The notes under the pieces: model-generated
Database searches by the model: none
Told to the model about the DNA's origin: nothing
The model's input: only the letters and a program-made list of their open reading frames with translations
Shown: one piece after another, positions 19,829-28,456 of the stretch
How positions within the stretch are numbered: position 1 is the stretch's first letter
Layout of the letters: every line of letters begins with the position of its first letter
NCBI GenBank assembly: GCA_003173865.1
Contig: PJMF01000009.1
Location: 1 to 61,620, forward strand
Direction: 5' to 3'
DNA length: 61,620 bases
Origin: Minisyncoccota bacterium
Lineage (GTDB): Bacteria > Patescibacteriota > Microgenomatia > UBA1400 > PJMF01
Position numbers and translations under genes: made by a program

Positions 19829-20398
19829 TTACTTTGGTTGTGCAAATATATTCATCTGTGTGTCACAGACACTGATGTTTGCTACAGTATCACCAGCGGT
19901 GAGTACAACTTTTTTCAACGAATGATCTGCATTTGTATATGCCATTTTGGTTGCAAGAGTTTGATCAGACACACTCACCACGTACGTTGATGGCGGTAAG
20001 CTAACGCTAAACGAGGGACCTTGCTGGGCTTTGATCGGACTATTACTGTTTAAATCAAAAAATACTAACGTCGCTGGGCCGTTTTTCACTTTGTCAATGC
20101 AGGCCGTTCCGGAAATTGTTCCTGTTGGCGCTGGAGTAGCGAGTGCAGCTTTTTGTTGAGCAACATATGGTTGCACTGGAGGTGGTGTTTCTTCAACGAA
20201 GGCTTGTTGACGCAGTTCTTGTTTGTTGCCAATCATCGTCATGACAATCACGGCTGCGACTACAATCACGAGCAGACCTACTCCTGCCACAATATACTTA
20301 CCGGTAGCATTTTTTTTCTTTATGGGCGCCACAGGCGTCGGGGTCTGAGATGCGGGGGGAGTGTATGTCGGGTATGATGGGGATACTGGTGTATTCAT
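19829..20398 (-). CDS. membrane-anchored surface protein
   Basis: Pro-rich N-terminus, TM, QELRQQA, beta-rich C-terminal domain. Confidence 0.72.
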   Translation of the reverse strand: MNTPVSPSYPTYTPPASQTPTPVAPIKKKNATGKYIVAGVGLLVIVVAAVIVMTMIGNKQELRQQAFVEETPPPVQPYVAQQKAALATPAPTGTISGTACIDKVKNGPATLVFFDLNSNSPIKAQQGPSFSVSLPPSTYVVSVSDQTLATKMAYTNADHSLKKVVLTAGDTVANISVCDTQMNIFAQPK

Positions 20399-20466
20399 AT
20401 ACGTATACCTCTTATAAAAGATAAAGATTTCGTCTGGTTAAGTCAATACAGAATAAAAGACGAAGC

Positions 20467-21990
20467 TTACATCTCCTCGACAGTTTCAATACTTGCTAAA
20501 TGCTTTCGAGTTGCAAAAAAACTCCATCCTCCTGCGATAAGGAAGAACAATCCGCTTCCGACTACTAAGAACGTCGTTTCAGTGGAACCTGATTTCGGCA
20601 TTGCACTGCCACTTGCAGGTAACGAAACTCTGGGTTGTGTCGTAGCCACAGGCGTTGAACTCGGAATCGCAAATGGATTTGAGCTGCCGTACGGCTGCAG
20701 TGTGGAACCATCCGTTGGGGTTGGCGATGGGCTTGCGAATGCAATCAAGTTACTACTTGGTGCAGGACTCGCACTGTCACGAGGTGCAACTGTGAATGTT
20801 TTCGTTTCAGTGACAAGTTTTTTGGTCTGTGGATCGGTGTAACTAATCGTCACCGTGTGCTGACCAGGCTCAAGTGTTTTCTGCAGCTCAGCTAAGTCAA
20901 TAGAGTAACTTCCGGTGCTATCAGCAGTTGCAGTCGTAGTGATTTGCTGAGTAGAGTGTACTTTGATTGTGACTTTTACATTTGCGGGCGCTAAACCAGT
21001 GATAATTGGTTGAGCGGTATCTACTGTTTGTTTGGTATCTGCTTTGACATCTACCACTTTGTCCGATTGGGTAGGCGGTAAAAAGCTAGTTGTTTGTGAG
21101 AGTGGTGTTCCAGACGTGCTCGCGCTGGGGGATGTCACTGTAGTTGGCGATGGTGAGACTCCAAATGGGAGAGTTACTAGATTAGGGGTAGCAGAAGGAG
21201 TTGTCACCAACGCGGCTGGCGCTGATGAGGCGGCTACGACGCTACTGGTCCCCCCAGTTAACGCAATAGGTGACACTGGTTGGGCATCTTTCACTTTTAC
21301 TTTAAGAGTAGTCACGGAGTTTACTTCTACCCCTTGGACTGTCAACGTCATGTCATCCGAATCTTGAATCGATGCATAGTTACTTCCATCAAGAGTGCGC
21401 GCGCTACTGAGTGGAATTGCCCAATTACCGGAGTCTTTAACCAAGGAGGAAAGTTCTCCTACACCACTCATATTTGCATAGACAATTGCGCCGATAGCTG
21501 GAGAGTTTTGCGCATTGTTTACCGTGCCATACACGGTTTTCGCTGCGGAGGGACTGCCACTACGTGAAGTTGTTTTCACTGTGTATGGAGTTCCGTTATT
21601 ATCGTACGAAGAGTTAGAGCCCGTTCCGAGGTGAAAAAAATACGTAGTGTTTGGTGTGAGATCGCGAACAGTAATGTAGTGCGTTGTGTGGGGTGTCACT
21701 GTACCAGCTAATTGATCACGATCATCACCAGCTTGGAGCTTGAGACCATCTGCTTCAGTGCCGTACTTCACAAAGCCAACTGTTGATTCATCTGTTAAAA
21801 ACGAAACTGAAAACGTGCCATCTTTCACATTGGTAATTTTGACGTTCTTGGGAGTTGTTTGTGGCGTGGCGCGGGGCGCGAAGACGCCTAGTCCAGTGTT
21901 TAAGAAAATCACTCCGACTGCAAGAGAAAGCACTAAAATGCCAATACCAACTAAGGTGGGAATGCGTTTCTGTCCCAAAGCCATTTTCAT
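20467..21990 (-). CDS. surface protein with FN3/purple-acid-phosphatase-N-like and Ig-like domains, MPKSG+TM tail
   Basis: PKNVKITN..FSVSFLT..GFVKYG..THYITVRDLTPNTTYFF; QPIITG.APAN; MPKSGS then TM and a basic tail. Confidence 0.78.
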   Translation of the reverse strand: MKMALGQKRIPTLVGIGILVLSLAVGVIFLNTGLGVFAPRATPQTTPKNVKITNVKDGTFSVSFLTDESTVGFVKYGTEADGLKLQAGDDRDQLAGTVTPHTTHYITVRDLTPNTTYFFHLGTGSNSSYDNNGTPYTVKTTSRSGSPSAAKTVYGTVNNAQNSPAIGAIVYANMSGVGELSSLVKDSGNWAIPLSSARTLDGSNYASIQDSDDMTLTVQGVEVNSVTTLKVKVKDAQPVSPIALTGGTSSVVAASSAPAALVTTPSATPNLVTLPFGVSPSPTTVTSPSASTSGTPLSQTTSFLPPTQSDKVVDVKADTKQTVDTAQPIITGLAPANVKVTIKVHSTQQITTTATADSTGSYSIDLAELQKTLEPGQHTVTISYTDPQTKKLVTETKTFTVAPRDSASPAPSSNLIAFASPSPTPTDGSTLQPYGSSNPFAIPSSTPVATTQPRVSLPASGSAMPKSGSTETTFLVVGSGLFFLIAGGWSFFATRKHLASIETVEEM

Positions 21991-22076
21991 GATAGTACTA
22001 CTGTAGGTGAAATCGAAGAGCCTCGCAACGCGAAAAAGAACCGAACATTAATAGGTGCCGAAACACGCTCTGCGAG

Positions 22077-22415
22077 TTACGGATGTGGAGTTGCCGTTGC
22101 TGCTGAAGGGCTAGATGCGCTTGACACAGACAGTTGATCTTGGCCATTTGCGTTTTTGATCAATTTAATGACTGAAAATTGGGCAAGATCACTTGCAGTA
22201 TAGACTCGTTTTTGTTCAATGCGACTCACGGCATCCAAATCAATATTTGGATTGAGTGGTGTAGACATTTGCACTAATTCACTCGGTAAAGCAGTTTTCT
22301 TCTGTGACTGAAATACACTTACACCAATCCAAATTAACACAACAAAAAAAGAAAATACTAAAATTTTCAGAAAAATTTGTTGTTGCCGGAGGCGATGCAT
22401 GCTAGCTGTCGTCAT
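22077..22415 (-). CDS. small TM protein downstream of pilO
   Basis: N-terminal TM; PLNPNID; ATGA overlap with pilO. Confidence 0.65.
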   Translation of the reverse strand: MTTASMHRLRQQQIFLKILVFSFFVVLIWIGVSVFQSQKKTALPSELVQMSTPLNPNIDLDAVSRIEQKRVYTASDLAQFSVIKLIKNANGQDQLSVSSASSPSAATATPHP

Positions 22416-23035
22416 TGTGTTGGTCCAAAGTACTCGATATTAACATTAAACATTGCGCGCAGTTGTTTGCTTCCTTGTTGATCTGTGACAGAAAAAACGA
22501 TTGACTCCACCACAAACATTCGCTGCGAGTTTCTTAAGTCTTCTGCAAACGCGCGAATTGAAGCGTAGTCACCGATGACGCCGACGCTGATTGATCGGCT
22601 GGTTCTGCTTTTTTGACTAAAGTCAACGTCTTTGACTGGTTCAGGCGGAACTTCTTTTGCATTCATGCTCATAATTAATAAATTATGATCGCTGGCCATT
22701 TTTTCTATCATGAGCACTGCTTGATCAAATTGCGGCGTGAGCGGAATTGCTTTATCGAGCACCGGCCATCTATCTTGATTACTGAGATAAATTGATTGCA
22801 CTGTCGAAAGCTCCGCAATTTTTTGCTTGAGTTTATTATCGAGCGCTTTTTTATCATCAATTTCTTTAATTAAATCGGACATAGTAATCAACGTAGGCCG
22901 AATTGCAAACAATGCAAACACAATTACCGTAATGATCGAGAAAAAAAGTTCCAACGACACTTTCGCCACCGGTTTTGCGTAAAACTGGGTAAGTGCTTGA
23001 TTGAATTGTTTTTGTCTAAAGTTTAGAGTTGCCAT
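22412..23035 (-). CDS. pilO: type IV pilus assembly protein PilO-like
   Basis: TM plus coiled coil; LDKAIP..P; GDYASIRAFAEDLRNSQRMFVVESI. Confidence 0.75.
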   Translation of the reverse strand: MATLNFRQKQFNQALTQFYAKPVAKVSLELFFSIITVIVFALFAIRPTLITMSDLIKEIDDKKALDNKLKQKIAELSTVQSIYLSNQDRWPVLDKAIPLTPQFDQAVLMIEKMASDHNLLIMSMNAKEVPPEPVKDVDFSQKSRTSRSISVGVIGDYASIRAFAEDLRNSQRMFVVESIVFSVTDQQGSKQLRAMFNVNIEYFGPTQ

Positions 23036-23607
23036 TATGTTTGCAAAATTTTGCCCTGTAAGTCGCGTTTAATATTTGCTCTAATTACAAACTTAAATCC
23101 TGGATCCTGATCATTACTACTTTCTAGTTTATCAACTGCAACATCCGAAAAACTTCTGGAAAGTTGAATATTATTGATCAATAAATCGAGTGAGTTGCTT
23201 GATTTTGAAACTCCTGAAAAAAGAATCGACGTACGCGTGACTGTCAACTCAGTTAAGGACACATCTGGAGGAGTAATTTGAGTCAGGGATGCAAATGCAT
23301 CGGCGATGTTGACTTGTTGCTCTACTTGCAGGTAGCTTCCAATTTTTTTCTGTAAATTGACGACTTGAGTCTCCAGATCACCATACGACAGGATGATAAT
23401 TTCTTTCTGATGCAGCGCACTATTCAGGTCAGTAATTTGGCGGTCTAGTGTAAAACGCGTTGCAAAACTAAAAATAACCACCATTTCGGTGAAGATAACC
23501 AGATAACGCCCGATTGTTAACGCCCACTGCAAAAATCGGCCAATTGGAGAAGCCAGAAAAGGATCTTTTGGTAAAAGATTTATCTCGATATGGGCAGTTT
23601 TTGGCAT
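23035..23607 (-). CDS. pilN: type IV pilus assembly protein PilN-like
   Basis: INLLPK, TM, coiled coil, LTQITPPDVSLTEL, FSG, FSDV. Confidence 0.8.
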   Translation of the reverse strand: MPKTAHIEINLLPKDPFLASPIGRFLQWALTIGRYLVIFTEMVVIFSFATRFTLDRQITDLNSALHQKEIIILSYGDLETQVVNLQKKIGSYLQVEQQVNIADAFASLTQITPPDVSLTELTVTRTSILFSGVSKSSNSLDLLINNIQLSRSFSDVAVDKLESSNDQDPGFKFVIRANIKRDLQGKILQT

Positions 23608-23647
23608 GCATCTATCAGTTTACAACACGTCGATTATAATAAGCCAC

Positions 23648-25333
23648 ATGGTTTTTAAACTTCCAAAAATTTTGAGTTCTTACACCGAATGGCTTGAGAA
23701 ACAACAAAGCTCAATTATTTCGGCGGCGATGTTTATTATGATCGCCAATATTTTGTCGGGGTTGTTTGGATTTCTGCGGCAACGTTTGTTGCTTGGATTG
23801 TTTTACCATGGCACAGGCAAAGCAGAACTGGATGCCTTTTTATTTGCATCCCAAATTCCCGATATGATGTTTAAGTTGATCGTCATCGGGGCTCTTTCTG
23901 CTGCTTTTATTCCGGTGTTTACGCAGTATAAAAAAGAGAGTGAAGAAGCGGCATTCCACATGACCTCGGTGGTGATGAATTTATTATTGATTGTGTTTTT
24001 AGTGATTTCAGTGATTATCTTTATTTTTGCACAGCCCGTCACACTTTTACTTGCTGGGAGTGCCTACACAGCACACCAAATTGAAGTCACGAGTAACTTG
24101 ACGCGAATTATGTTGGCTGCGCAGTTTTTCTTTGCGATTTCTAATTTCTGGACGGGAATTTTGCAGTCGTACAAGCGTTTTATTTTGCCTGCATTGGCGC
24201 CAATTATTTACAACGTGGGTATTGTGATCGGGGCATATCTTTTCTCACCAATGTTTGGAATTTATGGGGCGGGAATTGGTGTGGTACTGGGCGCCTTTTT
24301 GCACATGATGATTCAGGTGCCCGCGGTGCGCAAACTTGGTTTTCGATACTCATTTAGTCTTGACCTCAAACATCCAGGAATGCGGAAAGTAGTTCGTTTA
24401 ACCCCCGCTCGTACGACAACTTTGGGTATCAGTGAAGTTCAAGATTTAATTATCGGTAAGTTTGTGACTTCAATCACAAGTGTTAGTTACTTAGTTTTTA
24501 CTTTAGCCATTTCATTAATGACGTTGCCGATCCGTTTCATTGGGACCCCAATTGGCCAGGCAGCCTTACCTTTTCTGTCTGATGAATCTGAAGAAAAAGA
24601 TCTGCATCACTTCCGTGACTTAGTCTTAAAGCTCATTCATCAGATTTCGTTTTTTGCATTTCCAATCTCAATTTTACTTTTAATTTTAAGAGTTCCCGTT
24701 GTGCGTTTAGTTTTTGGTGTGCCAGGATTTTCCTGGGATGATACCAAGTTAACGGGCCGCATTTTAGCAATCATCGCCGTTTCGATTACCGCGCAAGCTA
24801 TTTGTCAGTTACTCATTCGCGCATTTTATGCACTTAAAAATACAAAAACTCCGCTGAAAATTTCTTTGGTGACATCATCTATCTTTATTTTCGTCAGCTG
24901 GTTGTCGGTATTCGTTCTCAAAACTGGTCTTGAAGGAATTGCAGTGGGTGTTTCGTTTTCCACAATTTTAGAAATGTTGCTTTTCCTTTACTGTTTAGAT
25001 CGACGGGTAAAAGGTTTTATGAGCAAAGCTTTTTGGGTTCCGCAGATCAAAATGATCACGGCAAGCTTTTTCATGGCGGTATTTTTATATCTTCCATTTC
25101 GAATCTTGGATGAGTTGGTTTTTAACACTAGTCATACCATCGAGTTAATTTTGCTCACAATTACTACCAGTACGATCGGCATGCTGGTATATATTTACTT
25201 CGCGATGTTGTTCGAAATTCGCGAGTTAACGATCTTGAAAGATATCTTAGAAAAAATCGATGGCTGGAAAAAAACGCTCTCTCGCACAGAAGAAGTACTC
25301 CTCGAGACAGGTATGTCTGGGGATGAGCTTTAA
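23648..25333 (+). CDS. murJ: lipid II flippase MurJ (MviN)
   Basis: SGLFGFLRQR, DAFLFASQIPD, GALSAAFIPVF, ALAPIIYN, RAFYALKNTKTP. Confidence 0.92.
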   Translation: MVFKLPKILSSYTEWLEKQQSSIISAAMFIMIANILSGLFGFLRQRLLLGLFYHGTGKAELDAFLFASQIPDMMFKLIVIGALSAAFIPVFTQYKKESEEAAFHMTSVVMNLLLIVFLVISVIIFIFAQPVTLLLAGSAYTAHQIEVTSNLTRIMLAAQFFFAISNFWTGILQSYKRFILPALAPIIYNVGIVIGAYLFSPMFGIYGAGIGVVLGAFLHMMIQVPAVRKLGFRYSFSLDLKHPGMRKVVRLTPARTTTLGISEVQDLIIGKFVTSITSVSYLVFTLAISLMTLPIRFIGTPIGQAALPFLSDESEEKDLHHFRDLVLKLIHQISFFAFPISILLLILRVPVVRLVFGVPGFSWDDTKLTGRILAIIAVSITAQAICQLLIRAFYALKNTKTPLKISLVTSSIFIFVSWLSVFVLKTGLEGIAVGVSFSTILEMLLFLYCLDRRVKGFMSKAFWVPQIKMITASFFMAVFLYLPFRILDELVFNTSHTIELILLTITTSTIGMLVYIYFAMLFEIRELTILKDILEKIDGWKKTLSRTEEVLLETGMSGDEL

Positions 25334-25422
25334 ATTAATTTAATTTGTAAGGTTTTATCCATTGCGGAAGCCATTGCTACCAGGGTGCTGAGTGTTGGAT
25401 TATATTTTCCAGATTCTACTTG
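25330..25422 (-). pseudogene. C-terminal remnant of an XRE-family HTH gene
   Basis: Translates QVESGKYNPTLSTLVAMASAMDKTLQIKLI*; the N-terminal helices are missing. Confidence 0.6.
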
Positions 25423-25443
25423 CTTGTGACCGTTAAATCTCGT

Positions 25444-25472
25444 TTGAAATCTGGTGTCCAATCTTGTACAAT
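25444..25472 (+). promoter_or_regulatory. sigma70 promoter of rpsT-lepA
   Basis: TTGAAA-17 nt-TACAAT. Confidence 0.65.
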
Positions 25473-25523
25473 TCACCAGCGTAAGCAACCTAGCAAGCGT
25501 AAAAAAGTAAGAAAAGGGAAACT

Positions 25524-25757
25524 ATGCCAATCTTAAAAAATGCCAAAAAGGCACTCCGCGTCAGTAAGCGCAAGGCCGAAATGAAGCGTCCAGTCCGCTC
25601 AAAAGTCAAAACAGTGACGGATGCTGTCAAGAAAAACCCCAGTGCCGCAACGCTTTCGAGTGCTTTTTCTGCCATTGATAAAGCCGTAAAACGCAACATT
25701 TTTCACAAGAAGAAGGCAGCTCGTTTAAAGAGTCAAATGGCTAAACTTGTCAAGTAA
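25524..25757 (+). CDS. rpsT: 30S ribosomal protein S20
   Basis: MPILKNAKKALRVS..R, SAIDKAVKRNIFHKKKAARLKS. Confidence 0.93.
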   Translation: MPILKNAKKALRVSKRKAEMKRPVRSKVKTVTDAVKKNPSAATLSSAFSAIDKAVKRNIFHKKKAARLKSQMAKLVK

Positions 25758-27555
25758 TACTCAAGTGAACCAACACATTCGTAATTTTTCGATCATTGCG
25801 CACATTGATCATGGGAAAACAACGTTAACAGATCGTTTGTTGCAAGCTACCCATACGGTCTCGGACCGTGACATGAGTGAGCGTTTAATGGATAGCAATC
25901 CAATTGAAAAAGAGCGGGGAATTACGATCAAACTCGCACCGGTGCGCATGGAGTACCTTTCTGAGGCAATTGGTGAAAAATTTATCTATAACTTAATTGA
26001 TACTCCTGGACATGTGGACTTTGGCTATGAAGTAAGTCGTTCGTTGGCGGCGTGTGAAGGGGCCTTACTGATCGTCGATGCTACTCAAGGAATTCAAGCT
26101 CAAACACTCTCTAACTATGAAAAAGCACGTGAACTTGGTTTAGATATTTTGCCAGTCATTAACAAAATTGATTTGCCATCTGCAGATGCCGATGCAGTCT
26201 CTTTAGAGTTAATGGAAATTTTTGGCCTACCAGAGTCTTCAATTGTTGCGATTTCGGCTAAAACTGGCCTGCATGTGGATAAAATTCTTGAAAAAGTTCA
26301 CACGCAGATTAGACCTCCCAGTGGTGATCCAAAAAAACCTTTGCGCGCACTCGTTTTTACTTCTCAGTTTGACCAACATAAAGGTGTGATCGCGTACGTC
26401 AAAGTAGTAGAAGGTGTTCTTGATACAGCCAAGTTGCAGTTACTCGCAACGAACGCCAAGTTTCAACCCGTTGAGATTGGAATTTTTTCGCCGCAAATGG
26501 TTCCAGTGAAGTCGCTTCAAGCAGGTGAAGTGGGCTATGTGTGTACTGGATTAAAAGATGTCAGTTTGGTTACAGTTGGTGACACGTTGACTACCGAAGC
26601 AGCTGCGCGCGAAATTTCGCCGTTGCCTGGTTATAAAGAACCGTTAGCCATGGTTTACATGGAGTTTTATCCGATTAATGGTGATGATTTTATGTTGATG
26701 CAAGATGCAATGGAAAAACTTGCTCTCCATGATGCAGCTCTACGCTTTACTAGTACGCACTCACCAGCATTGGGGAATGGTTTGCGCGTGGGATTTTTAG
26801 GCATTTTACATGCGGAAATTGTCCGAGAACGTTTAGAAAGAGAGTTTGACATCGAGTTAATTGCGACCTCGCCTTCTGTCACGTATCAAGTAATCACCCA
26901 GCAAAATGAAGAATTGGAAATTAAAACTCCTGCCGACATGCCGGATCCTTCTCAAATCAAGGAAATTCGCGAACCCATTACTCATTCCGTCATTTTTACC
27001 CCTAAAGAGTACTTGGGTGCAGTCATACAGCTGTGCGAAGAGCATCGCGGTGAGTTGATCTCGATTCAAGATGTTGGAACTCGAGTGCGGGCAGAGTATA
27101 AGATTCCGCTCGCAGAAATCATTGTCCAGTTTCACGATCAACTCAAGTCTGTTTCTTCTGGTTTTGCCTCACTGGAGTATGATGTGGAGAATTATCGAAC
27201 GGTCAATGCAGTGAAACTGGGGATTATGGTTCAAGGTGAAGTGATCGAAGCTCTGTCAGTCATTGTGGTTAAAGATCAGGCTGAACGCATTGGCCGCCTG
27301 CTGACGAAAAAGCTCAAAGAAGTGATCCCACGCCAGTTGTTTGAGATTCCTATTCAGGCAGCAATTGGAGGCAAAATTGTTGCCCGTGAGACGATCAGCG
27401 CTTATCGCAAAGATGTGACGGCTCATCTCTATGGAGGTGACGTCACTCGTCGGCAGAAGTTACTCAAGAAACAAGCCAAAGGCAAGAAAAAAATGAAAGA
27501 AATTGGGAAAGTGACACTCAATCAAGAAGCCTTCATGGCAGTTCTCGAAAGATAG
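25747..27555 (+). CDS. lepA: elongation factor 4 (LepA)
   Basis: IRNFSIIAHIDHGKTTL, ERGITIK, DTPGHVDF, NKID, YGGDVTRRQKLLKKQ. The start may be GTG 25765. Confidence 0.97.
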   Translation: MSSNTQVNQHIRNFSIIAHIDHGKTTLTDRLLQATHTVSDRDMSERLMDSNPIEKERGITIKLAPVRMEYLSEAIGEKFIYNLIDTPGHVDFGYEVSRSLAACEGALLIVDATQGIQAQTLSNYEKARELGLDILPVINKIDLPSADADAVSLELMEIFGLPESSIVAISAKTGLHVDKILEKVHTQIRPPSGDPKKPLRALVFTSQFDQHKGVIAYVKVVEGVLDTAKLQLLATNAKFQPVEIGIFSPQMVPVKSLQAGEVGYVCTGLKDVSLVTVGDTLTTEAAAREISPLPGYKEPLAMVYMEFYPINGDDFMLMQDAMEKLALHDAALRFTSTHSPALGNGLRVGFLGILHAEIVRERLEREFDIELIATSPSVTYQVITQQNEELEIKTPADMPDPSQIKEIREPITHSVIFTPKEYLGAVIQLCEEHRGELISIQDVGTRVRAEYKIPLAEIIVQFHDQLKSVSSGFASLEYDVENYRTVNAVKLGIMVQGEVIEALSVIVVKDQAERIGRLLTKKLKEVIPRQLFEIPIQAAIGGKIVARETISAYRKDVTAHLYGGDVTRRQKLLKKQAKGKKKMKEIGKVTLNQEAFMAVLER

Positions 27556-27579
27556 ATTTTTCCTGGTATAATTGCTCAG

Positions 27580-28179
27580 ATGGCTGATACACCACACACT
27601 CAAACTGCTTATCCTGAGTTGATTGCCAATACGCCGCAGAGTAAAAGCGCTTTAGATTCTTTTGCCGTGCGACCCCCGAATACGTCTTTTAATTTTCAAC
27701 TTGACCAAGAAGAGATTCTCTTAATGCTCCGTCAGCATCCCATTACCCAAAATAAATGGATTTTAGTGGCCATTTTGATGGTCGCGTTACCCATTCTTTT
27801 CTTGAGTACGTCATTAGCGAACACCTTACCAAGCCAGTTTGTTATTATTGCGGTGATGAGCTGGTTTTTATTGATTAGTGGACTGCTTTTTGAAGCATTT
27901 CTTGATTGGTTTTATAACGTAGATATGCTGACAAGCGAACGAATCGTTCAAATTGAGTTTACGTCACTTCTATTCAAAAATATCTCAACGGCCCGACTAG
28001 AAAAAATTGAAGACGTCACCGTGACCAGTAGTGGTTACGAGGGAGCGCTCTTTGATTTTGGAAACGTAAAAGTGCAAACAGCGGGTGCAACTGATGAATT
28101 TGAGTTTGATAACGTGCCACATACAAATAAAGTTTCTACATTTATTAACGAAATGCTTGAAGAACAAGAAAATAAATAA
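27580..28179 (+). CDS. membrane protein with bacterial PH (bPH_2-like) domain
   Basis: LRQHP, 2 TM, LTSERIV, LEKIEDVT, DFGNVKVQTAG. Confidence 0.8.
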   Translation: MADTPHTQTAYPELIANTPQSKSALDSFAVRPPNTSFNFQLDQEEILLMLRQHPITQNKWILVAILMVALPILFLSTSLANTLPSQFVIIAVMSWFLLISGLLFEAFLDWFYNVDMLTSERIVQIEFTSLLFKNISTARLEKIEDVTVTSSGYEGALFDFGNVKVQTAGATDEFEFDNVPHTNKVSTFINEMLEEQENK

Positions 28180-28433
28180 TGCCACTCGGATCACTTTTAT
28201 CACCAACTTCTATTGTGAATGTCAATGATTTGCTTTTTACGGCGTTTAAAGTGTTATTTTTAATGGGACTGATCTTTTATTTAGTTTTCTCGTTACTCGT
28301 CTTGAGACAAGAAGAGGAAATGAGTAGCACGCTCATTACACCCTTGCGAGGAGTGATTCGCTTGTTTGGATTTTTACACGTTATTTTAACGATTGCCGTT
28401 ATATTGTTTTCATATCAATATCTGCTCCATTAA
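28179..28433 (+). CDS. small two-TM hypothetical protein
   Basis: YLVFSLLVLRQ...M..TL; coupled to the upstream gene. Confidence 0.65.
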   Translation: MPLGSLLSPTSIVNVNDLLFTAFKVLFLMGLIFYLVFSLLVLRQEEEMSSTLITPLRGVIRLFGFLHVILTIAVILFSYQYLLH

Positions 28434-28456
28434 TTTCTCAGTGATACAATAACCTC

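Noticed and set aside
22021-22076. CTCGCA...TGCGAG stem between the pil genes and the surface-protein genes
   Set aside because: Short, single copy, no recognisable motif; insufficient support.
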